NCBI GenBank assembly: GCA_025454835.1
Contig: JALONQ010000001.1
Coordinates: 392,990-456,989 of the forward strand
DNA from: Bacteroidota bacterium
GTDB taxonomy: Bacteria; Bacteroidota; Ignavibacteria; UBA10030
Length of the DNA: 64,000 nt
Direction of reading: 5' to 3'
Shown: positions 35,873 through 47,399 of the stretch, one piece after another
Layout of the letters: each line of letters starts with the position of its first letter
How positions within the stretch are numbered: the first letter of the stretch is position 1
Notes under the pieces: model-generated
Told to the model about the DNA's origin: nothing
The model's input: only the letters and a program-made list of their open reading frames with translations
The model's database searches: none
Made by a program: the position numbers and the translations under genes

Positions 35873-36502
35873 TTACTTCGAGTACAACTCGACGACAAGC
35901 TGTTCGTTGGCGGTGAGCGGGATGTCCGCCCGTTCCGGGATATTGAGGAACGTGCCCGACAAGTTCGCCTTGTCGAGGCTCAGCCACGGCGACAGCGCGT
36001 TGTCCTTCATCCGCTTCAGCGAGCTGTGGATGAGGTCAAGCTTCTTGCTGTGCTCGCGCACCTGAATGACGTCGCCGGCCTTCAGCAGGTACGACGGAAC
36101 GTTGACGATCTGGCCGTTCACCGTGAAGTGGCGGTGCAGGACGAGCTGGCGCGCCGACTTTCGCGACGGGGCAAGCCCCAGGCGGTAGACGACATTGTCG
36201 AAGCGACGCTCGAGGATCTTCACGAGCGCATCGCCCGTACGGCCGGTCGCCCGCGTCGCCCGCTCAAAGTAGTTGCGGAACTGGGTCTCCTGCACGCCGT
36301 AGATCCGACGCACTTTCTGTTTCTCGCGCAGCTGCACCCCGTACTCCGAGATGCGCTGACGGCGCGATTGGCCGTGCTGTCCCGGCGGGTAGGCGCGCTT
36401 GTCCAACGGGCATTTTTCGGTGTAGCACTTCGTGCCCTTGAGGAAGAGCTTCTGCCGTTCCCGGCGGCACAACTTGCAACTGGCGTCCGTATACCGTGCC
36501 AT
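35873..36502 (-). CDS. rpsD: 30S ribosomal protein S4 (Zn-binding form)
   Basis: CKLCRRE...KCYTEKC, PPGQHG, QLREKQK, VVELYSK. Confidence 0.98.
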   Translation of the reverse strand: MARYTDASCKLCRRERQKLFLKGTKCYTEKCPLDKRAYPPGQHGQSRRQRISEYGVQLREKQKVRRIYGVQETQFRNYFERATRATGRTGDALVKILERRFDNVVYRLGLAPSRKSARQLVLHRHFTVNGQIVNVPSYLLKAGDVIQVREHSKKLDLIHSSLKRMKDNALSPWLSLDKANLSGTFLNIPERADIPLTANEQLVVELYSK

Positions 36503-36523
36503 ACGTCTCCTGTCGACCTTCGA

Positions 36524-36922
36524 TTAGACCCGACGCCGCTTCGGTGCGCGGCAGCCGTTGTGCGGAATGGGTGTGATGTCGCGGATCAGCGTGACCTCGA
36601 GGCCCGCCGTCTGTAGCGACCGGACAGCGGCTTCGCGCCCGCCACCGGGGCCCTTGATGAAGACCTCCACTTTGCGCAGACCGAGGTCGTACGCTTCTTT
36701 CGCGGCCGCTTCGCCCGCGACCTGGGCGGCGAACGGCGTGCTTTTTCGGGAACCCTTGAAACCGTTCTTCCCGGAAGTTGACCACGCAATCACGTTGCCG
36801 TACGTGTCGGTCAGCGTGATGATGGTATTGTTGAAGGTCGCCTTGACGAACGCCTTGCCGCTGGCATCGACGTGGACCTTCTTCTTTTTCTTGGTAACGG
36901 GTGCGCTGGTGGTCTTGGCCAC
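36524..36922 (-). CDS. rpsK: 30S ribosomal protein S11
   Basis: [26 protein letters not shown] start. Confidence 0.98.
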   Translation of the reverse strand: MAKTTSAPVTKKKKKVHVDASGKAFVKATFNNTIITLTDTYGNVIAWSTSGKNGFKGSRKSTPFAAQVAGEAAAKEAYDLGLRKVEVFIKGPGGGREAAVRSLQTAGLEVTLIRDITPIPHNGCRAPKRRRV

Positions 36923-36964
36923 AAATGATCTCCTGATTGTCCGGACGCTCGGTGAAGTATCCGG

Positions 36965-37345
36965 TTACTTCTTCTCTGCCTTCTTCTTGCCGGCCACGGT
37001 CTTCCGCTTCCCCTTGCGGGTACGGGAGTTTGTGCGCGTTCGCTGACCCCGCGTCGGGAGCCCTTTCCGGTGCCGGAGCCCGCGGTAGCAGCCGATATCC
37101 ATCAGACGCTTGATGTTCAGCTGCGTCTCGCTGCGCAGCGCGCCCTCGACCTTGTAGTCGTTCTGAATGATGGCGCGGATCGTCGCCACTTCCTCGTCCG
37201 AAAGGTCGGCCACCTTCTTTCCGGGGGTCACCTTCGACTTCTTGAGGATCTCGAGCGCCGTCGAGCGGCCGATACCGTAAATGTAGGTCAGGCCGATCTC
37301 GGCCCGCTTGTTCTTCGGAAGATCCACGCCTGCGATTCGTGCCAC
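36965..37345 (-). CDS. rpsM: 30S ribosomal protein S13
   Basis: [27 protein letters not shown] start. Confidence 0.98.
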   Translation of the reverse strand: MARIAGVDLPKNKRAEIGLTYIYGIGRSTALEILKKSKVTPGKKVADLSDEEVATIRAIIQNDYKVEGALRSETQLNIKRLMDIGCYRGLRHRKGLPTRGQRTRTNSRTRKGKRKTVAGKKKAEKK

Positions 37346-37360
37346 AGAGCCACTCCTCGA

Positions 37361-37474
37361 TTAACCTTGACGTTGCTTGTGCTTGGGGTTCTTGCAGATG
37401 ACCTTGACGACCCCTTTGCGACGGATGATCTTGCAGTTCTCGCAGATCTTCCGGACGGACGAACGGACTTTCAT
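37361..37474 (-). CDS. rpmJ: 50S ribosomal protein L36 (below the ORF-track length cut-off)
   Basis: Manual translation [37 protein letters not shown]. Confidence 0.97.
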   Translation of the reverse strand: MKVRSSVRKICENCKIIRRKGVVKVICKNPKHKQRQG

Positions 37475-37594
37475 GCCTTGCCTCTATTCACGATTCTCTG
37501 ACGCCATCTCAGGGATGTTGCTCGCGGCGTTCGCAGCGTCAGCAGCGACCGCAACGTTGGTTGTAAGATTGATCTCCTGTCGCTGCGAGCGCCG

Positions 37595-37813
37595 CTACTT
37601 GTACCGATACGTGATCCGCCCCTTGGTCAGATCGTAGGGCGACATCTCTACCGTGACGCGGTCTCCGACGAGGATCTTGATGTAGTGCATGCGCATTTTG
37701 CCGGAAATGTGCGCCAAGATCTCGACCCCATTGTCCAACTTCACGCGAAACGTTGCGTTCGGCAACGTGTCCGTGATGACTCCATCCAGCTTGATCGGTC
37801 CTTGTTTGGCCAC
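37595..37813 (-). CDS. infA: Translation initiation factor IF-1
   Basis: [26 protein letters not shown]. Confidence 0.98.
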   Translation of the reverse strand: MAKQGPIKLDGVITDTLPNATFRVKLDNGVEILAHISGKMRMHYIKILVGDRVTVEMSPYDLTKGRITYRYK

Positions 37814-37902
37814 GTTCTTTGTGAGTTCAGTGACCGCAGTTGAAGATCGCTGCTCGGGAGTCGTCCCGGGCCTGCGGCTGTACCTTCTTGCGGCTCAGGC
37901 AG

Positions 37903-38658
37903 TCAGAGCGTCAGGATCTCCGGACGCCCGTTTACCAGTGCCACCGTATGTTCAAAATGCGCGGACGGTTTGCCGTCCTTCGTGACCACCGTCCAACCGT
38001 CGTCGAGCACCCGCACCTGCCACCCGCCGGCGTTCACCATGGGTTCGATCGCCAGCGTCATGCCGTCAACCAACGCGGCCCCCGTTCCCTTCTTGCCGAA
38101 GTTCGGAACGCTCGGTTCTTCATGCAGTTCCTTGCCGACGCCGTGCCCGCACAGGTCCCGCACGACCGAGAACCCGGCCCCTTCGACGTGAACCTGGACG
38201 GCGGACGAGATGTCATGCACCCGGTTGCCCGCGAGCATCACCTCGATCCCCCGCTCCAGCGATTCTTCCGTCACCCGCAACAGTCGCTGGGTCTCCGCGT
38301 TGACCGTGCCGACCGCGAAGGTCTTCGCCGCATCGCCATACCACCCGTCTTTGAGGACCCCCACATCGATCGAAACAATATCGCCGTCGTTGAGCACCCG
38401 CCGGCCCGGTATGCCGTGCACCACTTCTTCGTTCACCGACGTGCAGAGCGTGGCCGGGAACGGATTGTCGGCGGAACCGTAGCCTTTGAAGGCCGGGACC
38501 CCTCCGCGAACGCGGATGAACTGTTCCGCCGCTGCGTCCAATTCCCCCGTCGTCACGCCGGCACGCACCTGCTGCCCGACCAGTCGAAGCACTTCGCCGA
38601 CGATGCGGCACGACTCCCGCATCCGGTCCAACTCTCGCGCGCTCTTCGTCCTTGCCAT
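37903..38658 (-). CDS. map: Methionine aminopeptidase type I
   Basis: CTSVNEEVVHGIP, SIDVG, GHGVG..LHEEP, IEPM, SAHFEHT. Confidence 0.97.
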   Translation of the reverse strand: MARTKSARELDRMRESCRIVGEVLRLVGQQVRAGVTTGELDAAAEQFIRVRGGVPAFKGYGSADNPFPATLCTSVNEEVVHGIPGRRVLNDGDIVSIDVGVLKDGWYGDAAKTFAVGTVNAETQRLLRVTEESLERGIEVMLAGNRVHDISSAVQVHVEGAGFSVVRDLCGHGVGKELHEEPSVPNFGKKGTGAALVDGMTLAIEPMVNAGGWQVRVLDDGWTVVTKDGKPSAHFEHTVALVNGRPEILTL

Positions 38659-38668
38659 CCCGTCCGGT

Positions 38669-40009
38669 TCAGGCGCGGCGTCCGCGCAGCTTTCCGCTCT
38701 TCATGAACCCATCGTAATGGCGCATGAGCAGGTGCGATTCGACCTGTTGAAGCGTGTCGAGCGCGACGCCGACGATGATCAGCAGGCTCGTGCCGCCAAA
38801 GAACGACGCGAAATTGGGCGTGATACCCATCTTGATGAGCGCCGTCGGCAAAATGGCGATGATCGCCAGGAAGATCGAGCCCGGGAGCGTGATCTTCGTC
38901 AGAATGTTGTCGACAAAATCGGCCGTGTGAGAACCCGGCCGGATGCCAGGGATGAACCCGCCCTGCTTCTTCATGTTGTCGGCCACGTCCTTTGGGTTGA
39001 AGGCGATGGCCGTGTAGAAGTACGTGAAGAAGACGATAACGAGAGCATAGATGATCGAGTATGTCCAGGAGTCATACGAGAACCATTCCGTATGCACCGT
39101 CTGCATCCACTCGCTCTCGGGAAAGAACGAGAAGACGATCTGCGGAATGAACATGACCGCCTGGGCGAAGATGATCGGCATGACGCCGGCCGTGTTGACA
39201 CGCAGGGGGATGTACTGCGTCACGCCCCCGTAGACCTTTCGGCCGACGACCCGCTTCGCGTACTGGACCGGGATGCGCCTTGTCCCCTGCGTCACCAGGA
39301 TGACCGCCGCGACGATGAAGCCCATGGCCGCGAAGATCACCAGCTCGACGATAAGGTTGCGCGCCCCCGACGTCACAAGCTGGAACTCATCCAGCACGGC
39401 GTGGGGGAACCGGGCGATGATGCCGATGAAGATTATGAGCGAGATCCCGTTGCCGATACCCCGCTCCGTGATCTGTTCGCCGAGCCACATCATGAAGACG
39501 GTGCCAGACGTCAGGATGAGCATCGTGCTGATCGTGAAACTGAGGCCGCGCACCGCCTCGGGGACGATCGGACCGGCCGGCGTGTCCGTCGACAGCAGTT
39601 TCACGACGACGCCGCTCGCCTGGAGCAACGAGACGAGCACGGTGCCGTAGCGCGTATACTGGGTGATCTTCTTCCGTCCATCCTCACCCTCCTTCTGCAG
39701 CTTCTGGAAGTAGGGGATGACCGCGCCGAGGAGCTGGATCACGATCGACGCGCTGATGTATGGCATGATGCCGAGCGCGAAGATCGCTGCGTTGCTGAAC
39801 GCGCCGCCGACGAACAGGTCGTAGAGGCCGAACAGCGTGTTCTCGCTGCTCTTGCGGATGGTGTCCGCCAGAAGAACGGCGTCGACGCCGGGCAGCGTCA
39901 CGTGCGAGCCGATGCGGACAACGATGAGGAGCAACGCGGTGAACAACAGCCGCTCGCGGAGCTCCTGGATCTTGAAGATGTTCGTGAACGTCTCTGTCAG
40001 CTTGCTCAT
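38669..40009 (-). CDS. secY: Preprotein translocase SecY
   Basis: ALGIMPYISASI, GIGNGISL, GVMPIIFA, FIPGIRPG, GGTSLLI. Confidence 0.98.
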   Translation of the reverse strand: MSKLTETFTNIFKIQELRERLLFTALLLIVVRIGSHVTLPGVDAVLLADTIRKSSENTLFGLYDLFVGGAFSNAAIFALGIMPYISASIVIQLLGAVIPYFQKLQKEGEDGRKKITQYTRYGTVLVSLLQASGVVVKLLSTDTPAGPIVPEAVRGLSFTISTMLILTSGTVFMMWLGEQITERGIGNGISLIIFIGIIARFPHAVLDEFQLVTSGARNLIVELVIFAAMGFIVAAVILVTQGTRRIPVQYAKRVVGRKVYGGVTQYIPLRVNTAGVMPIIFAQAVMFIPQIVFSFFPESEWMQTVHTEWFSYDSWTYSIIYALVIVFFTYFYTAIAFNPKDVADNMKKQGGFIPGIRPGSHTADFVDNILTKITLPGSIFLAIIAILPTALIKMGITPNFASFFGGTSLLIIVGVALDTLQQVESHLLMRHYDGFMKSGKLRGRRA

Positions 40010-40494
40010 GCGTTCGCCGGAGCTGTGGCCGCCGCAAGCACGGTCACCGTGCCGCCGGCCGCTTCGATCTTCGTCCGCGCCGCCTTGCTGACAGCATGGG
40101 CTGAGACGTCGACCTTCGATGTCAGGTTTCCATCCGCCAGGATCTTCACGGGCACCAGTTTCTTCCTGATAGCCCCCGCCTCATACAGCGAGGCCGGCGT
40201 CACCGCGCCGGTGATCCGCTTCTTCTCGATGAGGACCGCGATCTGGCCGACGTTGACGACCTGCGCCTCGACCCGATGGGGCGAGGTGAAGCCGTGCTTC
40301 GGCACGCGTCGCGTCAGCGGCATCTGGCCCCCTTCGAACCAGATCTTGAACTTGTGGCCCGACCGCGCCTTGGCGCCTTTGTGGCCCTTGGTCGCGGTGC
40401 CGCCATGGCCGGAACCCTGCCCACGGCCGATGCGCTTGACCTTCTTGCGGGAATTCTTTGCCGGCCGGAGATTGGCCAGGATCGATGGTGCCAT
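40006..40494 (-). CDS. rplO: 50S ribosomal protein L15
   Basis: RIGRGQGSG, FEGGQMPL. Confidence 0.97.
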   Translation of the reverse strand: MAPSILANLRPAKNSRKKVKRIGRGQGSGHGGTATKGHKGAKARSGHKFKIWFEGGQMPLTRRVPKHGFTSPHRVEAQVVNVGQIAVLIEKKRITGAVTPASLYEAGAIRKKLVPVKILADGNLTSKVDVSAHAVSKAARTKIEAAGGTVTVLAAATAPANA

Positions 40495-40685
40495 CACTTC
40501 ACCTCTTCGACGGTCACGAGGTGCCGCACGACGTTGATCATGCCGCGCACCTGCGGGGTATCGGTCTTGACGACGGAGTATCGCGGACGCCCGAGTCCGA
40601 GCGCCTTGATCGTGCGCTTGGTCCTCTCGAGCTCGTCGATGATGCTCCGATGCTGGGTGATCCGGATCTTCTTGAGTTCAGCCAT
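40494..40685 (-). CDS. rpmD: 50S ribosomal protein L30
   Basis: KIRITQHRS, ALGLGR, VRGMINVVRHLV; position in spc operon. Confidence 0.95.
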   Translation of the reverse strand: MAELKKIRITQHRSIIDELERTKRTIKALGLGRPRYSVVKTDTPQVRGMINVVRHLVTVEEVK

Positions 40686-40696
40686 GACGCTCTCGC

Positions 40697-41203
40697 TCAG
40701 TTCATCTGGAACATTTCCTGAACGCTCATGCCCCGGCGTGCAGCTGCCGTCCTGGCATCCGTCAGGCTCAACAAGGCCTTCAAAGTGGCCTTGACCACGT
40801 TGTGCGGGTTCGACGATCCCATCTGCTTCGTCAGCACGTCCTTGACGCCGGCCGATTCGAGCACGGCGCGAACGCCGCCGCCGGCGATGAGACCCGTTCC
40901 TGGCGAAGCCGGACGCAGCATCACCTTGCCCGCCCCGAACTTGCCGATCACTTCGTGCGGGATCGTCCCCTTCACGATCGGAACGGTGTAGACGACCTTC
41001 TTCGCGTCCTCCACTCCCTTCGCGATGGCATCCGCCACCTCATTCGCCTTGCCCAGCCCGATGCCGACGTGGCCTTTGCCGTCGCCGACGACGACGAGCG
41101 CGCTGAAGCTGAAGCGACGTCCGCCCTTCACCACCTTCGCCACACGGTTCACGTGGACGAGGCGGTCCTTCAGTTCGAGTTCACCTGCCTTGATCTTGGC
41201 CAT
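40697..41203 (-). CDS. rpsE: 30S ribosomal protein S5
   Basis: [24 protein letters not shown]. Confidence 0.98.
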   Translation of the reverse strand: MAKIKAGELELKDRLVHVNRVAKVVKGGRRFSFSALVVVGDGKGHVGIGLGKANEVADAIAKGVEDAKKVVYTVPIVKGTIPHEVIGKFGAGKVMLRPASPGTGLIAGGGVRAVLESAGVKDVLTKQMGSSNPHNVVKATLKALLSLTDARTAAARRGMSVQEMFQMN

Positions 41204-41220
41204 GCGTAGGGTTCCCTGCG

Positions 41221-41589
41221 TCAGAATTTCAGTCCGCCTTCGCGTGCACCCTCAGCCAGGGCCTTGACCCGCCCGTGGTAGAGGTAGCCGCTTCGGTCGA
41301 AGACAACGGTGGTAATGTTCTTCTCGAGCGCCAGCTTGGCCGTGATGACGCCGAGCTGCTTGTAGCGTGCGATCGGGCTCTTGATCGCCGACAGTTCCGC
41401 GCGCAGGTCCTTCGACAGCGTCGACGCCGCGACGAGGGTCTTCCCCGTCATGTCGTCGATGATCTGTGCGTAGCCGTTGCGGCCGCTGCGGTAGACCGTC
41501 AACCGAGGTCGGGACGTCGTCCCCACCACCTTCTTGCGAATGCGGACCTGTTTCTTGGCCCGGCGCTTGTGTGCATTAGAGCTGTTCAT
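41221..41589 (-). CDS. rplR: 50S ribosomal protein L18
   Basis: [30 protein letters not shown]. Confidence 0.97.
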   Translation of the reverse strand: MNSSNAHKRRAKKQVRIRKKVVGTTSRPRLTVYRSGRNGYAQIIDDMTGKTLVAASTLSKDLRAELSAIKSPIARYKQLGVITAKLALEKNITTVVFDRSGYLYHGRVKALAEGAREGGLKF

Positions 41590-41600
41590 GATCGCCTCGT

Positions 41601-42149
41601 TTACTTGGCGCCGGACGCGGCGGCCTTACCGGCCTTGCGACGGATCGCCTCGCCTTCGTATTTGATCCCCTTGCCCTTGTACGGCTCGGGGGGCCGGAAC
41701 GACCGGATCTTCGCCGCCGTCATGCCGACGAGCTGCTTGTCGATCCCGCTGATGAGGATGTTCGTCTGGGACGGGGCCTCGACCTTGATCCCTTCGGGAG
41801 GACCGAACAGGATCGGATGGCTGAACCCGACCTGGAGATTGAGCTTCTTCCCCTTCATCTCAGCACGGTAGCCGACGCCGACGATCTCGAGCTTCCGCTC
41901 GTAGCCGGCCGATACGCCCACGACCATGTTCTGGATGTTGGCCCGCCACAGCCCGTGAAGAGCGCGATGGAACTTCTCGTCCGTCGAGCGGTTCACGCGC
42001 ACGGTCTGTCCTTCGACGACGACCGAGATCGCGGGATGCACACGAGCTTTCAACTCGCCCTTCGGGCCCTTCACCGTCACGTTGCTGCCTTCGACGGCGA
42101 CGTTGACGCCCTTGGGGAGTTCGATGATCTTCCTGCCGATACGCGACAC
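41601..42149 (-). CDS. rplF: 50S ribosomal protein L6
   Basis: [22 protein letters not shown]. Confidence 0.98.
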   Translation of the reverse strand: MSRIGRKIIELPKGVNVAVEGSNVTVKGPKGELKARVHPAISVVVEGQTVRVNRSTDEKFHRALHGLWRANIQNMVVGVSAGYERKLEIVGVGYRAEMKGKKLNLQVGFSHPILFGPPEGIKVEAPSQTNILISGIDKQLVGMTAAKIRSFRPPEPYKGKGIKYEGEAIRRKAGKAAASGAK

Positions 42150-42176
42150 GGGATTCTCCTCAGTTCCGCGGTTCGA

Positions 42177-42572
42177 TTACCACACGTAGGCGAGCACTTC
42201 GCCGCCCACGTTCTGCTTCTTCGCTTGCGCGCCGGTCATGATACCGCGCGAGGTCGACACGACGGCCATGCCCAGCCCGCCCTGGACCCGGGGCATGGCT
42301 TCCGCCCCGCGATAGATCCGGATACCCGGCTTGCTGATACGACGCAGTCCCATGATGACCGGCCGTCCGTCGTGATACTTCAGATTGATGCGCAGGATGC
42401 CCTGCTTCTGGTCCTCGAGGACCGTGTAGTTGGCGATGTACTTCTGGTCGAGAAGCACCCGGGCGATCGCCGTCTTCATCTTCGAAGCAGGAACGTCCAC
42501 GCGGCGATGCTTCGCCTTGTGCGCGTTGCGAATGCGGGTCAACAGGTCACTGATCGGGTCAACAGTTGCCAT
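42177..42572 (-). CDS. rpsH: 30S ribosomal protein S8
   Basis: DPISDLLTRIRNA, ISKPG.RIY, GGEVLAYVW. Confidence 0.98.
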   Translation of the reverse strand: MATVDPISDLLTRIRNAHKAKHRRVDVPASKMKTAIARVLLDQKYIANYTVLEDQKQGILRINLKYHDGRPVIMGLRRISKPGIRIYRGAEAMPRVQGGLGMAVVSTSRGIMTGAQAKKQNVGGEVLAYVW

Positions 42573-42598
42573 GAGGAGGCCTTCAGATTCGACGTGGA

Positions 42599-42784
42599 CT
42601 ACCAGGACGCCTTGCGGACGCCGGGGATCTTGCCATCAAGCGCCAGCTTACGGAAGCAGAGACGGCAGAGGCCGAACTTCCGGTAGAAGGCGCGCGGGCG
42701 ACCGCACTGGCCGCACCGGTTGTGCTGGCGGACCTTGTACTTGGGCGTCCGCTTCGCCTTGACGATCATTGCTAGACGAGCCAC
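42599..42784 (-). CDS. rpsN: 30S ribosomal protein S14 (Zn-binding type Z)
   Basis: [10 protein letters not shown]...[15 protein letters not shown]. Confidence 0.97.
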   Translation of the reverse strand: MARLAMIVKAKRTPKYKVRQHNRCGQCGRPRAFYRKFGLCRLCFRKLALDGKIPGVRKASW

Positions 42785-42801
42785 TCTCGCGTTCCTTTCG
42801 A

Positions 42802-43464
42802 TTACGCTGCGTTCGTGGTGACGATCTCTTGCCGCTTCACGAAGGGCATGCCGAGCTCCTTCAGAAGCTCGTACGCCTCGACGTCGGTCTTGGCGGACGT
42901 CACGATCGTGATGTCCATGCCGGTGATCCGCGTGACCTTGTCGACGTCGATCTCGGGGAAGATGATCTGCTCCTTCACTCCGAACGTGTAGTTGCCGTGT
43001 CCATCGAACGACTTGTCAGGCACGCCGCGAAAATCACGCACGCGCGGCAACGCGACGGCGATGAAGCGATCCAGAAACTCATACATCTTCTCACGGCGCA
43101 GCGTGACGCGGCAACCGATCGAGAGCCCCTCGCGGAGCTTGAAGTTCGAGATGGCCTTCTTCGCCTTCGTGATGACGACCTTCTGGCCCGTGATCTGCTC
43201 GAGCTCACGCACCGCGACCTCGAGAAGCTTCGGATCCTGCGTCGCCTCGCCAACGCCCATGTTGATCGCGACCTTCACGACCCTCGGCACCATCATCCGG
43301 TTCTTGTAATGGAACCGCTTCATGAGGGCCGGAACGACCTCCTGCCCATAACGGGTCTGGAGGCGAGGCGTGGCCCCTTTCTCCTGGTGCCCGGGTTCGA
43401 CCTTGGCGGCGGCTTTTGACTCGCCCTTCGCCGGCTTCTCTTTTTTCTGCTGATCCTTCGCCAT
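42802..43464 (-). CDS. rplE: 50S ribosomal protein L5 with N-terminal extension
   Basis: [29 protein letters not shown]. Confidence 0.98.
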   Translation of the reverse strand: MAKDQQKKEKPAKGESKAAAKVEPGHQEKGATPRLQTRYGQEVVPALMKRFHYKNRMMVPRVVKVAINMGVGEATQDPKLLEVAVRELEQITGQKVVITKAKKAISNFKLREGLSIGCRVTLRREKMYEFLDRFIAVALPRVRDFRGVPDKSFDGHGNYTFGVKEQIIFPEIDVDKVTRITGMDITIVTSAKTDVEAYELLKELGMPFVKRQEIVTTNAA

Positions 43465-43473
43465 GACCTGTCC

Positions 43474-43809
43474 TTAGAACATTTCGCCGGTCGCCCGGCT
43501 GACGCGCATCGACTTGCGCTTGCCGCTGGACGCATCGCGCACGTGGGCGCGGCCCGTCCGCGTGGGTTCGCCGCTCTTGGGGTCGAGCACCATCACATTC
43601 GACGCGTGGATGGGCACTTCTTTCTGCACGATCCCGCCCTGCGGATTCTTCTGCGTCGGGCGCGTATGACGTTTGCGCACGTTGACGCCTTCGATGATGA
43701 CCCGGCCGGTCTCGGGGAACACTTTGAGGACCTTCCCCTTCTTCCCCTTGAAGTTGCCGGAGATGACGACGACCTGGTCGTTCTTCTTGATGTGGGTCTG
43801 TACGCTCAT
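43474..43809 (-). CDS. rplX: 50S ribosomal protein L24
   Basis: KOW motif [27 protein letters not shown]. Confidence 0.97.
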   Translation of the reverse strand: MSVQTHIKKNDQVVVISGNFKGKKGKVLKVFPETGRVIIEGVNVRKRHTRPTQKNPQGGIVQKEVPIHASNVMVLDPKSGEPTRTGRAHVRDASSGKRKSMRVSRATGEMF

Positions 43810-43811
43810 GA

Positions 43812-44180
43812 TCAGAGAACCTCCGGGGCAAGCGAGATGATCTTCATGAACTGCCGCTCGCGGAGCTCGCGGGCCACGGGCCCGAAGATGCGCGTTCCGC
43901 GCGGTTCGCCCTGGGGGTTGAGGAGCACCGCCGCGTTCTCGTCGAACCGGATGTACGAACCGTCCTTGCGGCGAACCTCCTTCACCGTGCGGACGACGAC
44001 GGCGCGGGACACCTCCCCCTTTTTCACGGGGGCACCGGGGATCGCGGCCTTGACCGAAACGACGATCAGGTCGCCGAGGCTCGCGTAGCGTTTGTCATGG
44101 CCGCCGAGGATGCGAATGCAACGTATCTTCTTCGCACCCGAATTGTCGGCGACCGTCAGATTGGTCTCTTCCTGGATCAT
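43812..44180 (-). CDS. rplN: 50S ribosomal protein L14
   Basis: [27 protein letters not shown]. Confidence 0.98.
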   Translation of the reverse strand: MIQEETNLTVADNSGAKKIRCIRILGGHDKRYASLGDLIVVSVKAAIPGAPVKKGEVSRAVVVRTVKEVRRKDGSYIRFDENAAVLLNPQGEPRGTRIFGPVARELRERQFMKIISLAPEVL

Positions 44181-44205
44181 ACCTTTACCTGTCGGAGAGC
44201 AGCGA

Positions 44206-44487
44206 TCACTTGGCCTTGGTCACGATCTCGACGAGCCGCCACCGCTTCCGCTTGCTCAGCGGGCGCGTCTCCATGACCTTCACGACATCGCCGATCTTGG
44301 CCTGTTGTTGCTCGTCGTGAGCCATGAGGGTCGTCGTGACGCGGAAATACTTCTTGTAGAGCGGGTGGGCCTTCTGGCCTTCGATGGCCACCACGATGCT
44401 CTTCGTCATCTTGTTCGAGATGACCTTCCCGACACGGGTTTTACGCCGCGGCCGGGCCGCCGGCATGCTGGGTGCGTTCGTCGTCAT
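44206..44487 (-). CDS. rpsQ: 30S ribosomal protein S17
   Basis: [24 protein letters not shown]. Confidence 0.97.
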   Translation of the reverse strand: MTTNAPSMPAARPRRKTRVGKVISNKMTKSIVVAIEGQKAHPLYKKYFRVTTTLMAHDEQQQAKIGDVVKVMETRPLSKRKRWRLVEIVTKAK

Positions 44488-44690
44488 TGCGGCTTCTTCG
44501 TCGTCATGGAACGTTCCCGGAGGATCGACTGCATCCGGGCGATGTCTTTGCGGGCGGCGCTGATCCGGTGCGGCTTCTCGAGCTGACCGAGCACCTTCTG
44601 GAAGCGCAGGTTCGCCAACCCCTGCTCCTCCTCGGCGATCCGCTTGAGAAGCTCGGCGTCCGAAAGCTGCCGAAGTTCATGTGCTTTCAT
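44484..44690 (-). CDS. rpmC: 50S ribosomal protein L29
   Basis: MKAHELR, LRFQ, RKDIARM; position in S10 operon. Confidence 0.95.
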   Translation of the reverse strand: MKAHELRQLSDAELLKRIAEEEQGLANLRFQKVLGQLEKPHRISAARKDIARMQSILRERSMTTKKPQ

Positions 44691-44702
44691 GGGCATCCTT
44701 CC

Positions 44703-45119
44703 TTATCCGAGGTCCACGCGGGACACGAATCGGGTCTTCAACGGCAGCTTGTGTGACGCCAGCTTCATGGCCTCGGCGGCCGTCTCGCGGTTGATCCCGC
44801 CAAGCTCGAACAGCACGCGACCCGGCTTGATGACTGCCACCCAGTATTCCGGGATGCCCTTGCCGGAGCCCATACGGGTCTCGGCGGGCTTCTTCGTGAC
44901 CGGCTTGTCCGGGAAGATGCGGATCCACACCTTGCCTTCTCGCTTCATCATGCGGGTGAGCGCCACGCGCGACGCCTCGATCTGGCGCTGCGTGATCCAC
45001 CCGGCTTCCATGGCCTTGAGGCCGTAATCGCCGAAAGCGATCGTCGCGCCTCGCGTCGCCTTGCCGCGACGCCGACCCTTCTGGGTTTTTCGGAATTTGA
45101 CCCGCTTGGGCATCAACAT
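44703..45119 (-). CDS. rplP: 50S ribosomal protein L16
   Basis: [26 protein letters not shown]. Confidence 0.98.
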   Translation of the reverse strand: MLMPKRVKFRKTQKGRRRGKATRGATIAFGDYGLKAMEAGWITQRQIEASRVALTRMMKREGKVWIRIFPDKPVTKKPAETRMGSGKGIPEYWVAVIKPGRVLFELGGINRETAAEAMKLASHKLPLKTRFVSRVDLG

Positions 45120-45134
45120 GGCTGCATCGACTCC

Positions 45135-45797
45135 TTATCCGCGCTGCTGAGCTGGCTGGACCTGCTGCATTCCCGTGAGGATCTCACCTTTGCAGATCCA
45201 CACCTTGATGCCGATCGTGCCGTAGATCGTGAACGCCGTCGAAACGGCGTAGTCGATGTCGGCCCGAAGCGTCTGCAACGGAATGCGGCCTTCCTTGTAC
45301 TGTTCGGTGCGGGCGATCTCGGCTCCGCCAAGCCGCCCGGCGCACATGATCTTGATCCCCTCGGCCCCCATCCGCATCGCCGCCGTCAACGACTGCTTCA
45401 TCGCGCGACGGAACGAGATGCGTCCTTCGAGCTGGCCGGCGATCGCGTCCGCTACGAGGGCCGCCTCGAGCTCGGGGCGCTTGATCTCGTGGATGAGGAT
45501 CTTGACCTCCTTCGAGGTCACCTTCTTCAACTCTTCCTCGAGCTGGGCGATCTCCTTCCCGCTCTTGCCGATCACGATGCCCGGCCGGGAGGTGTGGATC
45601 GTAATGACGGCCCGCTTCGGCGTCCGGTCGATCTGGATCCGGGCGATGCCCGCCTTCTTCAGGCGGTTCTTGATATAGTTGCGGACGACGATGTCCTCCT
45701 GCAACTTGCCCGCCATATGCTTCTCATCGTACCAGTTCGCGTCCCAGCCGCGGACGACGCCCAGACGAAAGCCATTGGGGTTGGTTTTCTGGCCCAC
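45135..45797 (-). CDS. rpsC: 30S ribosomal protein S3
   Basis: [36 protein letters not shown]. Confidence 0.98.
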   Translation of the reverse strand: MGQKTNPNGFRLGVVRGWDANWYDEKHMAGKLQEDIVVRNYIKNRLKKAGIARIQIDRTPKRAVITIHTSRPGIVIGKSGKEIAQLEEELKKVTSKEVKILIHEIKRPELEAALVADAIAGQLEGRISFRRAMKQSLTAAMRMGAEGIKIMCAGRLGGAEIARTEQYKEGRIPLQTLRADIDYAVSTAFTIYGTIGIKVWICKGEILTGMQQVQPAQQRG

Positions 45798-45812
45798 TGT
45801 GTTCTCCGGTGA

Positions 45813-46232
45813 CTACTTCGTGTCGGCCGCTTTAGGTGCGGCTTCAGCCTTCGCGGCAGCGCGGGGCTTCGCGGCTTTGGCCGCCGCAACCTTGCGTTGT
45901 CCGAGGATGATCGTGACATGGTTCGAGCGCTTGCGAATGCGGTATGCCCGACCCATCGGTGCCGGCGAGATGCGCTTCATCATCGCCCCACCGTCGACGA
46001 AAGCTTCCTTGACGAACAGCGTCGACGTATCGACCCGGCCGCCCTGGTCCTTGTTCTGCATATTGGCGATCGCCGACCGCAGGACCTTTTCGGCGGTCTT
46101 GGCGGCGTGCTTCGGCGCGAAATGCAGGATGGTCAACGCCTCGTCGACGGCCTTGCCGCGGATGAGGTCGATGACCAGCCGCATCTTACGCGGCGAAGTT
46201 CCGATATATCGATTGATGGCGCGAGCTTCCAT
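45813..46232 (-). CDS. rplV: 50S ribosomal protein L22
   Basis: SPRKMRLVIDLIRG, SAIAN, GRAYRIRKR. Confidence 0.97.
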   Translation of the reverse strand: MEARAINRYIGTSPRKMRLVIDLIRGKAVDEALTILHFAPKHAAKTAEKVLRSAIANMQNKDQGGRVDTSTLFVKEAFVDGGAMMKRISPAPMGRAYRIRKRSNHVTIILGQRKVAAAKAAKPRAAAKAEAAPKAADTK

Positions 46233-46257
46233 GACGGACCTTGATGGTGCGAGTGGC

Positions 46258-46545
46258 TCAGGCGGGCGACGTCGACTTTTCGCTCCTCACGCCCGGATGG
46301 GCGCGAAAGATGCGCGTGGGGGCGAACTCACCCAACTTGTGCCCCACCATCGCCTCGTGCACGTAGACCGGGATGAATTTGTTCCCGTTGTGCACCGCGA
46401 ACGTGTGCCCGACGAACTCGGGGATGATGGTGCAATCCCGGGCCCACGTCTTGACGACCTTCTTCTGGTTGACCTTGTTCAGCGCGTCGACCTTCGCTTG
46501 CAACTTGGTGTCGACGTACGGGCCCTTCTTGATCGAACGGCTCAT
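46258..46545 (-). CDS. rpsS: 30S ribosomal protein S19
   Basis: [26 protein letters not shown]; true start 46545. Confidence 0.97.
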   Translation of the reverse strand: MSRSIKKGPYVDTKLQAKVDALNKVNQKKVVKTWARDCTIIPEFVGHTFAVHNGNKFIPVYVHEAMVGHKLGEFAPTRIFRAHPGVRSEKSTSPA

Positions 46546-46550
46546 GGTGG

Positions 46551-47384
46551 TTACTTCCGGCGCTTGACAATGTATTTGTTGGACATGTTCTTCTTCTTCC
46601 GGGTCTTGAGACCCTTCGCGTACTTGCCCCACGGCGATTCTGGATGCTGGCCGCCGCCGCCCGATTTCGACTTGCCCTCGCCGCCGCCCATCGGGTGATC
46701 GACCGGGTTCATCGCCATGCCTCGGGTCTGCGGGCGGATGCCAAGCCATCGCGAACGACCAGCCTTGCCGTAGCTGATGTTCTCATGGTCCGTGTTCCCC
46801 ACCGTACCCAGCGTCGCGTAACAGTCGCTGCGAATCTTCCTCACTTCTCCCGACGGAAGCTTCACCGTCGCGAACTGACCTTCCTTGGCCATCAGCTGCA
46901 GCGCATTGCCGGCGCTCCGGCCAAGCTGACCCCCCTTGCCGGGGCGGAGCTCGACGTTATGAATGAACGAACCGACGGGGACGCTCTTCAAGGGCAGCGC
47001 ATTGCCCGTCTTGATCTCAACATTCTCACCCGATTCGACCGCCGCCCCGACCGTCAGTCCGTCCGGCGCGAGCATGTAGCGCTTCTCGCCGTCCGGATAA
47101 TGGACAAGGGCGATGCGGCAGGACCGGTTGGGGTCGTACTCGATCGATGCGATGGTGCCGGCGACGCCCCGCTTGTCGCGCTTGAAGTCGATGATCCGGT
47201 ACTGGCGCTTGTGTCCGCCGCCCCGGTGACGCGAGGTCACCCGGCCGGTATTGTTGCGTCCACCCGATTTCGTCAGCGGCGAAAGCAGCGACTTCTCGGG
47301 CGTCGTCTTCGTGATCTCCTCGAACGACGCGACCGAGTAGAATCGGGTCGCGGGGGTCCGGGGTCGTAGCTTGCGAATGGCCAT
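46551..47384 (-). CDS. rplB: 50S ribosomal protein L2
   Basis: [31 protein letters not shown]. Confidence 0.98.
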   Translation of the reverse strand: MAIRKLRPRTPATRFYSVASFEEITKTTPEKSLLSPLTKSGGRNNTGRVTSRHRGGGHKRQYRIIDFKRDKRGVAGTIASIEYDPNRSCRIALVHYPDGEKRYMLAPDGLTVGAAVESGENVEIKTGNALPLKSVPVGSFIHNVELRPGKGGQLGRSAGNALQLMAKEGQFATVKLPSGEVRKIRSDCYATLGTVGNTDHENISYGKAGRSRWLGIRPQTRGMAMNPVDHPMGGGEGKSKSGGGGQHPESPWGKYAKGLKTRKKKNMSNKYIVKRRK

Positions 47385-47399
47385 GGGAATGCGCCTTGA

